Notes: generated from the sequence alone by a model not told the origin. Shown: positions 53,053 to 63,154, numbered from the stretch's first letter. The stretch is 64,000 nucleotides of DNA from Clostridia bacterium (GCA_017518295.1 JAFWVJ010000022.1:19614-83613), one strand, 5' to 3'. Numbers and translations: made by a program.

Positions 53053-53790
53053 GTGAAAGTAGAATGCAAAAACAATTTTAAGATTTTTTATTCATTTTTA
53101 AATAGAGGATTAAGTTTAAGAGTTCAAGATGCTTTTAACTTTGCTCAAAATAATGCAACTGAGTATTTCAAAAAATTTGATGGTGACAATATGTCAGTTA
53201 GAATAAAAGATAATGCCGTTTGGGTAGTTGCTAAGAGTAGAGTTCATTTTTATAAAGATCTTACTTGGCTAGACCAAGTTCAAGGTGAAACATATACTAC
53301 CATGGTTAAAGCTGCTAAAATAGAAACAGAAACAAAATTTACTAATGAAAATGGTGATGTAGTTTTTGCTATAACTCATCAACATTGTCCTTTAAATATG
53401 GAGACAAGAAGAATTATCCGAGTAGACGATATTACTTTTCCAAAAGATATGGAATTAGATCCTTCTCTTTTTGAAGATGATTATCTAAAGATGCGTGATA
53501 CTTTTGATGAAGAAGATTTTGTATATGAACAAAAGGCTTATTCTCAAGATATTGACTATAGCAATCACGTAAATAATGTTGCTTATATAAGATTTATGAT
53601 GAATGCTTTAACAAATGACTATATAGATAGCATCAAAATTACTGATGCTGAAATTCATTATTTAGCAGAAAGTAAAGAAGGCCAGGTTTTGAGAATCTAT
53701 AAAAAAGATTTAGATAATGAGATGAGATTTTTAATCAAAGAAGTCGAAAGAGAGATAATTAGAGCTAGTGTAAGATATGAGAAAAAATAG
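53053..53790 (+). CDS. Acyl-ACP thioesterase (FatA/B-like, hotdog fold)
   Basis: GTG start with GGAG RBS; C-terminal DYSNHVNNVAYIRFMM motif. Confidence 0.75.
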   Translation: MKVECKNNFKIFYSFLNRGLSLRVQDAFNFAQNNATEYFKKFDGDNMSVRIKDNAVWVVAKSRVHFYKDLTWLDQVQGETYTTMVKAAKIETETKFTNENGDVVFAITHQHCPLNMETRRIIRVDDITFPKDMELDPSLFEDDYLKMRDTFDEEDFVYEQKAYSQDIDYSNHVNNVAYIRFMMNALTNDYIDSIKITDAEIHYLAESKEGQVLRIYKKDLDNEMRFLIKEVEREIIRASVRYEKK

Positions 53791-53806
53791 GAGTATATAT
53801 TAAAAT

Positions 53807-53849
53807 AAATGCGCATTGTTAACATAATTGTTGACAATGTGCGTTTTTT
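53807..53849 (+). terminator. Intrinsic terminator (imperfect long stem)
   Basis: gcgcattgttaacataattgttgacaatgtgcg plus TTTTTT. Confidence 0.6.
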
Positions 53850-53926
53850 ATTATATTATGCTCGTACAAGTTTAATTCTTTTTATATAAATTCTTTATCT
53901 ATGACTGTAGAGAAGGAGGAGATGGC

Positions 53927-55069
53927 ATGCAGACTGTTGTTAAACTTTCAGGAAGAATTACTACTATAAATGGTAACCAAGTAGAAGAATACATTCGTAG
54001 CCAAATCTCTAGCGATACAGATAGCTTAATACTCGATGCTGAAAATTTGGAATATATTTCTAGTGTTGGTCTTCGGATTACTCTAAAGCTCAAGAAAGAG
54101 ATTCCAAATACTTCGGTTATAAACTGCAATTCAAATGTTTATGAGATTTTTTCGGTTTCTGGTTTTGCAGAAATGATGGAAATTACAAAAGCTTATAGAC
54201 AGATTTCTATTAAAGGATGCCAAAAGATTGGCTCCGGATTTTTTGGAGATGTTTATCGGCTAGATGATGAGACTATTGTGAAAGTATATAAGCGTCCAGA
54301 TTGCTTAGAAATGATAAAAAGTGAGCAGCAGCTTGCTAAAAAAGCTTTTGTCATGGGAATTCCTACTGCAATTCCTTACGATATTGTAAGAGTAGGAAAT
54401 CTTTATGGCACTGTTTTTGAACTTTTGGATGCGGTTACGGTTGTTGATTTAATTAATGATGAAGACTCTATTAAAGAGTTTTGTAAAAAAGCAGTTTCGG
54501 TTTTAAAGCAGATGCATTCAACTCATGTAGATAAAAAAGATTTTCCGCGTAAAGTTGATCAGGTCTTTTTGCAATTAGAAGGCTGCAAAGAATGCTTCTC
54601 GGAAAAGACATATCAAAAGCTTATGATGCTTTTGCAAAATCTTTCAGAAGTTGATACGCTCATTCATTCAGACTTTCATATTAAAAATATTATGATGCAA
54701 AATGATGAGCTACTCTTAATCGACATGGACAAGCTTTCTATTGGGCAACCGCTCTTTGAGTTTGCTGCTATGTATGCTACGTATGTTGCTTTTGGATGCA
54801 TAGATAAAAATAATTGCATGGAATTTTTGGGCATCCCGAATGAAAAAGCAGAGCTTATTTTTAATACTACTTTTGATTTATACTATGAAGACAAGACTAA
54901 ACATCAAAAAGCAGAAATCTTTAAGAGAATAAAGCTTTTTGCATACTTGTTTGTTTTGTATCTTCGTAAGCACTATGGCAATTTGGAGGATAAGTTAGTA
55001 AGAGATACAATTTCTTATTCTGCAAACTATGTTGCAAACCTTGCAAATCAAATTGATTCGCTCGAATAA
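53927..55069 (+). CDS. STAS domain (anti-sigma-antagonist-like) fused to an APH/eukaryotic-like kinase domain
   Basis: STAS features including conserved Ser (LEYISSVGLRI); Gly-rich loop GSGFFGDVY, Lys strand VKVYK, catalytic loop IHSDFHIKNIM, IDMD. Confidence 0.7.
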   Translation: MQTVVKLSGRITTINGNQVEEYIRSQISSDTDSLILDAENLEYISSVGLRITLKLKKEIPNTSVINCNSNVYEIFSVSGFAEMMEITKAYRQISIKGCQKIGSGFFGDVYRLDDETIVKVYKRPDCLEMIKSEQQLAKKAFVMGIPTAIPYDIVRVGNLYGTVFELLDAVTVVDLINDEDSIKEFCKKAVSVLKQMHSTHVDKKDFPRKVDQVFLQLEGCKECFSEKTYQKLMMLLQNLSEVDTLIHSDFHIKNIMMQNDELLLIDMDKLSIGQPLFEFAAMYATYVAFGCIDKNNCMEFLGIPNEKAELIFNTTFDLYYEDKTKHQKAEIFKRIKLFAYLFVLYLRKHYGNLEDKLVRDTISYSANYVANLANQIDSLE

Positions 55070-55074
55070 TTTAA

Positions 55075-55108
55075 AAAAGACGACCTATAAAAGGTCGTCT
55101 TTTTATTA
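55075..55108. terminator. Bidirectional intrinsic terminator
   Basis: aaaaagacgacctataaaaggtcgtcttttt. Confidence 0.8.
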
Positions 55109-55115
55109 TATTTCA

Positions 55116-55685
55116 TTAGTTTTCTGTAATCGTACATTCGCAAAAATATCCTTGGTCATCATACTTGAAATCGCCAATCGTATATTTTTTAGCTGCATTA
55201 ATTATATCTGGTTTATGTACAATTATTATCGGAAATACATCTCCATTAGCTTTGGTTTGTGTATTTTGCTCTTCAATCGTTTTGATAAAAGCATTAACTA
55301 TTGAACCAGACTGAGAATTGCCTTCAAAATATATAAATCTATTATTATAGCTTAATCTTGTATTATAACCGGTATAAGGTTTGTCTTTTTCTAGCTCTAT
55401 CTTTGCCTTAAAATCGCTAAATACTAGTAGTCTATTTTGCACAAAGAAGATACCAAAGGCTATTAGCACGCAATTGACAATTATCTTTGCTTTTTTATTT
55501 TTAATTATTATATTTAGAATAAACAGTAATACTACAAGTATTACTACTGTAACTATCATTGCTGTCATGAATTCATTATTATCATATCTATTTGATGCAT
55601 GGCCGACCATTTGGTGCATTCCATACATAGTGTCAAATCCATAGCTTTCATACACAATATCTCCCAAAATCCAATTATTAAACAT
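55116..55685 (-). CDS. Membrane-anchored hypothetical protein
   Basis: One TM helix; shares a bidirectional terminator with the upstream gene. Confidence 0.55.
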   Translation of the reverse strand: MFNNWILGDIVYESYGFDTMYGMHQMVGHASNRYDNNEFMTAMIVTVVILVVLLFILNIIIKNKKAKIIVNCVLIAFGIFFVQNRLLVFSDFKAKIELEKDKPYTGYNTRLSYNNRFIYFEGNSQSGSIVNAFIKTIEEQNTQTKANGDVFPIIIVHKPDIINAAKKYTIGDFKYDDQGYFCECTITEN

Positions 55686-55876
55686 CTTTAAATCACCTCA
55701 TTACTATTATAACTTAATTTTATGATAATATCAAAGTTCGTAGTGGCGACATTTGGTCATCGATTTTATTAAAAATATGTTACATTTTCCTGATTAATTT
55801 GTAGTGTTTTCAATACTTTTGTAAAATTATTATGAGAAATTATAGTTTAGTTTGATAAACGAAAGGTTTTGAGAAT

Positions 55877-58030
55877 ATGTTAAACAAAAACACTTTTAAA
55901 AAATATATATTTATAACGATGCTAATAACATTATTTATGCTTATTAATTCGGTTTCATATGCGTATATGATTGGTTATATTGAAAATTCAGATGTTGGTG
56001 AGATATCTTTTGATGATAATGATTATTATACAGTAGATTTAGAAAACTCATTTTCAAATGATATGAATGATGTATATGAAAAATTAATTATCTATTCGGA
56101 ATGTGAGTCTGGTAGTTATGACTTTGTTGTTCATGCGTGCGTTTCGCCAGAATACCTAATTAATGCACCGGTTGTATATTATAAAGAAGGTGCTCTTATT
56201 AGAATTTCTGGTGGTCCTTTAGCTGGATTGATAGATTGTGAAGATTCTAGTAGTGAAAAAATGACTGCTTATGCTGATTATGTAGTGGCTCAAATTAGTG
56301 GTAAGGCAATGAATACTATGTATCACTTGGGTATTAACAATGAAGTAACCATTTATGATGGAAGCCTTTGTTTAACTAATGGCTTAGGTGCAGGAAATTA
56401 TAATGTAGGAGATAGAATTTATGTAGATGACAATCTAAAAATTGTTTATGTTTTTTCAATTGAAGGATTGAATTTATTAGATAGTGTTGCATTATGTGAA
56501 AGTAATCATAATTATGCAGTTTATGAAAGATATGTTCCATATAGTTTTATGCTTCCTGATGATTACGAATCTACTAGTGTAATAGTTGCAAATGGTGTTT
56601 CGTATGATATTAATGAGAATTTTATTCAAGATGGTTCGCTTTCAGTTTCAACATCACAATTAAAGAATAGGATTATAGCATATAAAACAAGAAAAGATGG
56701 AGAGATTGATGTATATAGTTGGCTTATTCCAAAGATGCTTTATTATTCTTCAAATGTTAAATCAATAAATGGTAATACTATTACTTTTGAAGGTGGATTT
56801 TTGGATGGCGAACATATTATAAATAGTCCTTTTGATGAAACTGTTAATAAGTATTGGGATTATACAGTGTATCATTCTAATGGTACAGTAGTAGCAGGAA
56901 GTTATAATTCTAACATAATTACGTTAGATGAAGATGAGGTTTTCGGACGTGGTTTGACTTCAGCAACTTTTAGTAGTGGTGATAGAATTTGTGTAGATAA
57001 TAATTCTAAAGTAATATATGTATGTACAATAGAAAATCTTGGAATTAAAGATAGCATTGATAACCAAGGCGAGGTAGTACGTTATGTTCCACCAGTTTAT
57101 TACGATATTTCTTACGATAAAAATGGTGGAAGCGGAGATATGTCTGGTGACACTGTTTTAGAAAACACAGTTTATACAATTTTAGAAAACGGATTTGAAG
57201 CACCAGAAGATAAGCAATTTAAATGTTGGGAGGTTGGTTCATCAGAAAAACAACCTGGTGATGAAATAACAATTTCTGGTGATACAATTATAAAGGCAAT
57301 CTGGGAAGAAATTCCTGATGTTGATCCTTCAGAAGGTAACGAACCTGGAGATAATGGTTCAGGTGATAATGGTTCTGGAGATAACGGCTCAGGAGATGTT
57401 AATCCAGGTAATAGTGGTTCGCAAAATAACTCATCTTCTAAAAAATCTTCTGGTACTGTTGTAACTAAAAAGAAAAAAGAAGAAATTAAAGATGCGTGGA
57501 GCAATGCAGATGATTGGGCAGTAGAAGAATTAAAAAGAGCACAACAAAAAGGATTAATTCCAGCAGTATTAAATGGAAAAGATTTTTCAAATGCAATCAC
57601 AAGAGAAGAATTTGCTGCTGTTTCATTAAAACTTTATGAAACAATTAGTAATAAAAAAGCAAAGTTACCAAAAGAAAATCCATTTATAGATACTCAAAAT
57701 GAAGAAGTTTTAAAGGCATATAGTGTAGGAATTACAGTTGGTATTTCAGATAATGAATTTGGTAATGGAACTATTACTCGTGAACAGATGGCTACCATGT
57801 TGACACGTGCTTTAAAAGCAGCAGGTATTAATGTAAAAGAAAATTTAAATTCAATTCCAAAGTTTGCAGATGATAGTCTTTTACAGGATTGGTCTAGAGA
57901 TTCAGTTTATTTCATGGCTTCTAAACAAATTATTTTAGGTACAGGTAATAACGAATTTAGTCCACTTGGCACAGCCAAAATAGAAGAAGCTTTGCTAATT
58001 GTTTTAAGATGTGTTGAATCCTTTAAATAG
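55877..58030 (+). CDS. Surface (S-layer-associated) protein with three C-terminal SLH domains and a (GDNGS)3 linker
   Basis: Signal peptide; SLH repeats; 15-bp x3 tandem DNA repeat encodes GDNGSGDNGSGDNGS. Confidence 0.8.
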   Translation: MLNKNTFKKYIFITMLITLFMLINSVSYAYMIGYIENSDVGEISFDDNDYYTVDLENSFSNDMNDVYEKLIIYSECESGSYDFVVHACVSPEYLINAPVVYYKEGALIRISGGPLAGLIDCEDSSSEKMTAYADYVVAQISGKAMNTMYHLGINNEVTIYDGSLCLTNGLGAGNYNVGDRIYVDDNLKIVYVFSIEGLNLLDSVALCESNHNYAVYERYVPYSFMLPDDYESTSVIVANGVSYDINENFIQDGSLSVSTSQLKNRIIAYKTRKDGEIDVYSWLIPKMLYYSSNVKSINGNTITFEGGFLDGEHIINSPFDETVNKYWDYTVYHSNGTVVAGSYNSNIITLDEDEVFGRGLTSATFSSGDRICVDNNSKVIYVCTIENLGIKDSIDNQGEVVRYVPPVYYDISYDKNGGSGDMSGDTVLENTVYTILENGFEAPEDKQFKCWEVGSSEKQPGDEITISGDTIIKAIWEEIPDVDPSEGNEPGDNGSGDNGSGDNGSGDVNPGNSGSQNNSSSKKSSGTVVTKKKKEEIKDAWSNADDWAVEELKRAQQKGLIPAVLNGKDFSNAITREEFAAVSLKLYETISNKKAKLPKENPFIDTQNEEVLKAYSVGITVGISDNEFGNGTITREQMATMLTRALKAAGINVKENLNSIPKFADDSLLQDWSRDSVYFMASKQIILGTGNNEFSPLGTAKIEEALLIVLRCVESFK

Positions 58031-58187
58031 TTTAAATATTTGGATTTAAAGAATATTATGAAGTCGCAGTTTTGCGGCTTCTTTTTTATAGGTTACAAAG
58101 AAAAAGTTGACATAAATATTGACATTAGCCTCTTTGCCATTATAAAATACAGCATGTGTTAAAAAATTTTATAAGGAGAGAGACAAA

Positions 58188-58814
58188 ATGACTATTTTTG
58201 ATCTTAAGGAATCACCACTTTCACTTTATCGGAGCCAGGATTTTGATTTTGCTTATGAAGAACGAATGGCTATAGGAATGGCTTCGACTATCTATTTTTT
58301 ATTTAGTGGCATTAATGCAAGTAAAAGAGGTTATAAAAGTTTAGTTTGCTTTCCTACTTTTGATAGGATTAAAAAAGTAGATTTTAGTGTGCTAAAAAAT
58401 CTTTTTGCTGCTGGTATTGAATATTGTAAGACCAGAGATGTTTCTATACGTAGTCATAAAGTTGCTGATATGATTCTTTATTTCAATTTAGAGGGAAATG
58501 TTTGTGGAAGTCATACTTTTTTATCTATTGCTCAAGTTCGTAATGTTAAATCGACTCATGATATCGAAAGAAATATCTATTTAACAGTTAGTATGTTGGG
58601 AGAATTTCTTTTGAAAAATGGAATTGAAAAACTTGTTTCTGCTCCAAAGAACAAGAAGGTTTATTCTATTAATGCAAAACCAGTTGATACTAAGCATAAA
58701 AAAAGCAATGTAAGCAAGGCTGAATTGCTCGATCTTATAGATGGAGCTGTTGAAACTATCGAAAAGAATCTTGCAGTAATCAAAAAGGTAAGACAAGAAT
58801 TGGCGAAGGAGTGA
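58188..58814 (+). CDS. Hypothetical protein (first gene of a two-gene unit)
   Basis: RBS AAGGAGAG; 4-bp overlap with next gene. Confidence 0.55.
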   Translation: MTIFDLKESPLSLYRSQDFDFAYEERMAIGMASTIYFLFSGINASKRGYKSLVCFPTFDRIKKVDFSVLKNLFAAGIEYCKTRDVSIRSHKVADMILYFNLEGNVCGSHTFLSIAQVRNVKSTHDIERNIYLTVSMLGEFLLKNGIEKLVSAPKNKKVYSINAKPVDTKHKKSNVSKAELLDLIDGAVETIEKNLAVIKKVRQELAKE

Positions 58815-59497
58815 ACAAAGTGGCATACTTTTTTGAAACTCTTGATCAGTGGATTGCCGATGTTGATGCTTATATTAATGAGCTTAGTAAACATACTTTT
58901 GTGAAAGATGGCGTAGCACAGGAGCAGCTTATTGGTATTGATGGCAAACCTACCGAAGATAAAAGTCTTTTTGGTAGCCGTAATAGTATATTTAAAAATT
59001 TTAAGTTTAACTATAGCATCTATATTCGGGAAAATGATAGACACGATATAGATAAATTCCAGCAAGAAAACTCTTATCAGTATCTTTGGCGTGATAATCA
59101 TTTTGATAATGCAATTGCTCATTTTAATACTATTCATAATACACTTGTTGAAGCCGATAAAGAAATTATCGCTATGAAGGCAGAGTATGAATCAGAAGAT
59201 GCTGACAAAGCAGCTATCGATGATTGGGCACAAGACAAAGTGGAAGAAATGCTTAGGCTTGTCCTATTGCTTACTAAGATTTTTGAAAAGGCACAATATG
59301 CTGGCAACGCTGGTATTATGACTGATATGATGATGAGCTACACCATGAAAGGACGTGCATTTTTGGATGATCCTGAATGGCAAGATGTCAAAGGTCTCAA
59401 AAAGATAGAAGAGATGCGTGGCATTATTGCTCATGTTACTGATGTTATTGAAAATAACTTAAAGTGTAAATCTATTAAAGATTTTCAAACACTATAA
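58811..59497 (+). CDS. Hypothetical protein (second gene of a two-gene unit)
   Basis: Translationally coupled (ATGA overlap) to 58188..58814. Confidence 0.55.
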   Translation: MNKVAYFFETLDQWIADVDAYINELSKHTFVKDGVAQEQLIGIDGKPTEDKSLFGSRNSIFKNFKFNYSIYIRENDRHDIDKFQQENSYQYLWRDNHFDNAIAHFNTIHNTLVEADKEIIAMKAEYESEDADKAAIDDWAQDKVEEMLRLVLLLTKIFEKAQYAGNAGIMTDMMMSYTMKGRAFLDDPEWQDVKGLKKIEEMRGIIAHVTDVIENNLKCKSIKDFQTL

Positions 59498-59534
59498 TAA
59501 AAACTCGGAGATTTTTCTCCGAGTTTTTTATTTT
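59498..59534. terminator. Bidirectional intrinsic terminator (twin of 60374-60406)
   Basis: aaactcggagatttttctccgagtttttt. Confidence 0.8.
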
Positions 59535-59560
59535 GCTAAATTAATTTTGCAACCATTAGA

Positions 59561-59752
59561 TTATTTTTCCCAAGGTGCAGGGTTTTTATTTTTTGATTTT
59601 GGACATCTTATTTTTGCCTCAGTTACTTCATCTGGAATTTTTTCATACATCTCACATGTATCTGGTGTTTCTGGATTATAGTAAGCACAAAATTCGCATT
59701 GAGTTTTGGCAAATTGAATGTCGCCTTTTTGCCAAGTAAATTTATCGTTCAT
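59561..59752 (-). CDS. Small Cys-containing protein (63 aa)
   Basis: ATG 59752 with GGAGG RBS preferred over ORF-track 59815; CEFC...C...C. Confidence 0.45.
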   Translation of the reverse strand: MNDKFTWQKGDIQFAKTQCEFCAYYNPETPDTCEMYEKIPDEVTEAKIRCPKSKNKNPAPWEK

Positions 59753-59849
59753 AATATTCCTCCGTGTTTTAAAAACTTCATAATAATTATACCATAACCA
59801 TTTTGCTAAGGCCAATAAAATGGTATAATCTTACGAGGAGAGGGATTTT

Positions 59850-60323
59850 ATGAAACAAGAAAAAACTAATGTGATGCGTATTTTGGATGCGCAAAAAATT
59901 GAATATAAATCTTATAATTATGTAGGTACAAATGCTATTTCGGGAGTAGAGGTTGCAAAAGTTTTAAATCAAAATGAAGCACAAGTTTTTAAGACTTTAG
60001 TTACAATAGGACATTCAAAAGAACACTATGTTTTTGTAATTCCGGTTGCCAAAGAATTAGATCTTAAAAAAGCTGCAAAAGCAGTTGGCGAAAAAAGCAT
60101 TGAGATGCTAAAGCAAAAAGATTTACTTGGATTAACTGGATACATACATGGTGGCTGTTCGCCAATTGGAATGAAAAAGTTTTTTAAGACCACTATTGAT
60201 AGTTCGGCAGCTAACTTTGAAACGATTATTTTTAGTGCTGGTAAAATAGGATACCAAGTGGAAGTTGGTTTAGATAATCTTAAAAAAGCAATTGAGTTTC
60301 AGCTTGCTGAAATTTGTATTTAA
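59850..60323 (+). CDS. ybaK: Cys-tRNA(Pro) deacylase YbaK
   Basis: YbaK/EbsC family motifs (GYIHGGCSPIG). Confidence 0.85.
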   Translation: MKQEKTNVMRILDAQKIEYKSYNYVGTNAISGVEVAKVLNQNEAQVFKTLVTIGHSKEHYVFVIPVAKELDLKKAAKAVGEKSIEMLKQKDLLGLTGYIHGGCSPIGMKKFFKTTIDSSAANFETIIFSAGKIGYQVEVGLDNLKKAIEFQLAEICI

Positions 60324-60373
60324 TAATGTATGCAGAAATTTATATTTAATGGATAAGCATTATATTTAAATAT

Positions 60374-60406
60374 AAAAAACTCGGAGAATTTTCTCCGAGT
60401 TTTTTG
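60374..60406. terminator. Bidirectional intrinsic terminator (twin of 59498-59534)
   Basis: aaaactcggagaattttctccgagtttttt. Confidence 0.8.
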
Positions 60407-60408
60407 TC

Positions 60409-60921
60409 TTAATTATCGTTTGAGTTAATATAGTAGGAAAGGCCTTCAGCATTCGGATCAATAAATCCATTGAAGCCTTCTTCAGTAACAACGAAATAAT
60501 AGCCATCTTGTTCAAAAAGAACAATTGCAATTTCTTCATAGCGCATTCCACACGCGCCATAGCCGAATTCTTCGGGTGTCATGCCAGGCTTGGGAGAAAG
60601 ATATACAGGAGTTTCACCAATATAGATCAATGGATAATATGTCTCAACAATAAAACCAGTCGTAACATATCCTGTTTTACCATCGTCATATTCGATGTTG
60701 GTATATTCTCCACGGCGTTCCAGAATCTTTACTTCTTCAAGAAAATGCAAAGTAACAAATTCTTCGTTGTTTTCGAGACTCCGGCATTTTACATTAGGCC
60801 GACAAAGGTAGCAGGTAGGTTCGCTATTAGGAGTAAAAAGTCCTTCATCTTCTTCAGCCAAGCAGGAAAAAACAGTTGCACAAAGAATCAGCGTGAGAAC
60901 GATGCAAAGAATCTTTTTCAT
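60409..60921 (-). CDS. Secreted/lipoprotein of unknown function
   Basis: Signal peptide; Cys-containing mature region. Confidence 0.6.
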   Translation of the reverse strand: MKKILCIVLTLILCATVFSCLAEEDEGLFTPNSEPTCYLCRPNVKCRSLENNEEFVTLHFLEEVKILERRGEYTNIEYDDGKTGYVTTGFIVETYYPLIYIGETPVYLSPKPGMTPEEFGYGACGMRYEEIAIVLFEQDGYYFVVTEEGFNGFIDPNAEGLSYYINSNDN

Positions 60922-60974
60922 TAGTCATTATCCTCCATTTTTTTATTTAGCAATTTTTGCTAGATAACGAACAA

Positions 60975-61484
60975 TTAATTGACCTTAAGGATAATACCAT
61001 TATAAGTACAGTTCTGCACCGTATAGGTGAAGGAGTCACCGGCCCTTTTGCCCATCAGATGCTGACCAATCAGGTCGTAAGGAGCAACAAGCTTAATGCC
61101 ACAACCGTACATAGCCTGAATGTCACCATCCTCACTAGAGAAATGGCCAAGGCTGATCCGGTAATACTCATCGTAATCTTCCTGATTAGGAGCGACAACA
61201 TGAGCCTTCACGAAATCACCAGGACGGATAGCATCGGGAGCGTAGTCAGCAAAATCTTCTTTGATCATTTTGCGAAGCTGATCATCATAGCCATAAAGTA
61301 CATCACGAAGAGTCTGTTCTTTAACAGAATAATGCATCATGGCTTCAAACTTAGCTTCAACAGATTCATACTTAGATTCATCAGCGTCATATGTATCGTA
61401 CATAAGCTGTTCAAGAGCTAATTCAGAATCAGAAATCTTGTTGTAAATTTCGGCGTATTTGTCATACTTGTTAGAATCAAACAC
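60975..61484 (-). CDS. GreA/GreB-family-like protein (C-terminal FKBP-like domain), G+C-rich gene
   Basis: C-terminal ...VAPYDLIGQHLMGKRAGDSFTY... resembles the GreA C-terminal motif; AAGGAGG RBS; composition more G+C-rich than flanks. Confidence 0.5.
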   Translation of the reverse strand: MFDSNKYDKYAEIYNKISDSELALEQLMYDTYDADESKYESVEAKFEAMMHYSVKEQTLRDVLYGYDDQLRKMIKEDFADYAPDAIRPGDFVKAHVVAPNQEDYDEYYRISLGHFSSEDGDIQAMYGCGIKLVAPYDLIGQHLMGKRAGDSFTYTVQNCTYNGIILKVN

Positions 61485-61713
61485 TACTAAAACCTCCTTT
61501 TCGTTGCTAAAATTTTGTCAAAGGTAAAAATCTTTAAAGAAGTTATAAAATCTTACATACATGTAAAAAAGTAATATATAGTGAAGTACGTGGCCATTAT
61601 AATATGGATTTACATAAAAATCAATAAATGCGTGACATTTGTCTATTTTTTTGCTATTATTTACATGTTATAGCTAAAATTTAAGCATAAAAGCCTAAAA
61701 GGAGGTAATAAAT

Positions 61714-61965
61714 ATGAAGCATTATACATATCATCCAGAAGGGGTATGTTCAGTACAAATTGATTACGATATAGAAGATGGAAAGATTTATAACTTAAAA
61801 TATATTGGTGGATGCAATGGAAATCTAAAAGCAATCGGTTCTTTAGTAGAAGGAATGAAGGTAGAAGATGTAATTGCAAAATTAAAAGGTATTGAATGTG
61901 GTATAAAAGAAACTTCTTGTGGAGACCAATTAGCAAAAAGCTTAGAAAAAATTATTAATGAATAA
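61714..61965 (+). CDS. TSCPD-domain small protein (TIGR03905-like)
   Basis: GGCNGNLKAIGSLVEGM...GIECGIKETSCGDQLA family pattern. Confidence 0.6.
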   Translation: MKHYTYHPEGVCSVQIDYDIEDGKIYNLKYIGGCNGNLKAIGSLVEGMKVEDVIAKLKGIECGIKETSCGDQLAKSLEKIINE

Positions 61966-61967
61966 AG

Positions 61968-61998
61968 TAGTGGCGGCCATTGGCCGCCATTTTTTTAT
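61968..61998 (+). terminator. Intrinsic terminator
   Basis: tggcggccattggccgcca plus T7. Confidence 0.8.
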
Positions 61999-62074
61999 GC
62001 GTTAAAAAATAAATCATATTATTGTGAAATTGATTTTTTATTAATATAATTAAAAATAGAGCGGAGGGATTTTT

Positions 62075-62848
62075 ATGAAAAAAATATTATTGATTTTGAT
62101 GAGTGTTTTATTATTAGTAGTTCTTTCTGGTTGTTTTGAAGGTAAGCCATCAGGAAATGATTCTGGTGAAAAAATAGTAGAAACTAATAATACTAATATA
62201 GAAAATAATGTAGAAGATAATAATGAACAAGAAAAAATAGATGAAGCTTTAGCAGCAATTAGAGCAGCTTTAAAAGATGAAGAATGGGTTAATAATAATC
62301 TTAAACTTCAAAAGAACTGTTTTGGTGAAGATGTTGTTTCTGATGAACAAGAACTTACTTTTGCTAAGTTTGGTAAAGATAAAGCTATTGTTTGTACATA
62401 TTCTTATGGAAGTGAAAATTTTGGTATAGCAGCCACTGTAGTTTATTATAAAGATGGCAAAGTATATACAGTAGGAAATCCTAGCGTGCAAGAACCATAT
62501 CACCCAGGCCATTCTGGATTTAGTTATGATTTTGAAAAAGAAGCAATGATTTCTCACTATATGCACATGGGATATTATGGCCAAACTGTTTATAAGTATC
62601 ATGATGGTAGTTTTGAAAAACTTGCAGATTATGAATGGGCAGAATTTGACGATCAAGGAAACTTTATAGAAAACGAATCAGGAGATCCTCAAGCAGATTA
62701 TACTTTCACAATAGGTGATGAAGTAAAAAGAGGAAGAGATGATTTCTTAACTGTTGAAAAAATGATCAAAGAAGATTTAAAAGATTATGATTTTAATATA
62801 ATGGATACAGTTTTAACACCAGAGAATGTTGATTTGATATTAAAATAA
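62075..62848 (+). CDS. Lipoprotein of unknown function
   Basis: Signal peptide plus lipobox LSGC. Confidence 0.6.
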   Translation: MKKILLILMSVLLLVVLSGCFEGKPSGNDSGEKIVETNNTNIENNVEDNNEQEKIDEALAAIRAALKDEEWVNNNLKLQKNCFGEDVVSDEQELTFAKFGKDKAIVCTYSYGSENFGIAATVVYYKDGKVYTVGNPSVQEPYHPGHSGFSYDFEKEAMISHYMHMGYYGQTVYKYHDGSFEKLADYEWAEFDDQGNFIENESGDPQADYTFTIGDEVKRGRDDFLTVEKMIKEDLKDYDFNIMDTVLTPENVDLILK

Positions 62849-62859
62849 GGAGAAGTTAT

Positions 62860-63129
62860 ATGACTAATAGTGAATATTTTGATAAATTAAAATTAAAAAA
62901 TGAATTAAGATTAATTGATGAGGTTAAAGTTAAACTTCCAGATGGAACTTTTGGAAGTATAATTACAGATAGAATAGTCGGCTCTGATGGAGAAGTTGAA
63001 ATCTTGTTAGAGGATGGAAATAGAGTAAAAGCAAATCTTAAAGATTTGGTATACGTTGATCCTGGAATTACGCTAAAAGACATAGATGAAGCATTAGAAG
63101 CACGTAAAGAGAACGAGCGTAAAATTTGA
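62860..63129 (+). CDS. Small hypothetical protein
   Basis: RBS AAGGAG; 89 aa. Confidence 0.5.
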   Translation: MTNSEYFDKLKLKNELRLIDEVKVKLPDGTFGSIITDRIVGSDGEVEILLEDGNRVKANLKDLVYVDPGITLKDIDEALEARKENERKI

Positions 63130-63154
63130 CATAATTTTGTCGCTTTGGTATAAT
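63126..63154 (+). promoter_or_regulatory. Sigma-A-type promoter for 63197..>64000
   Basis: TTGACA-17 bp-TATAAT. Confidence 0.7.

Noticed and set aside
60508-61421. ORFs 60508..60924 (+) and 60957..61421 (+)
   Set aside because: Antisense to better-supported reverse-strand genes (secreted protein with signal peptide; GreA-like protein with RBS)
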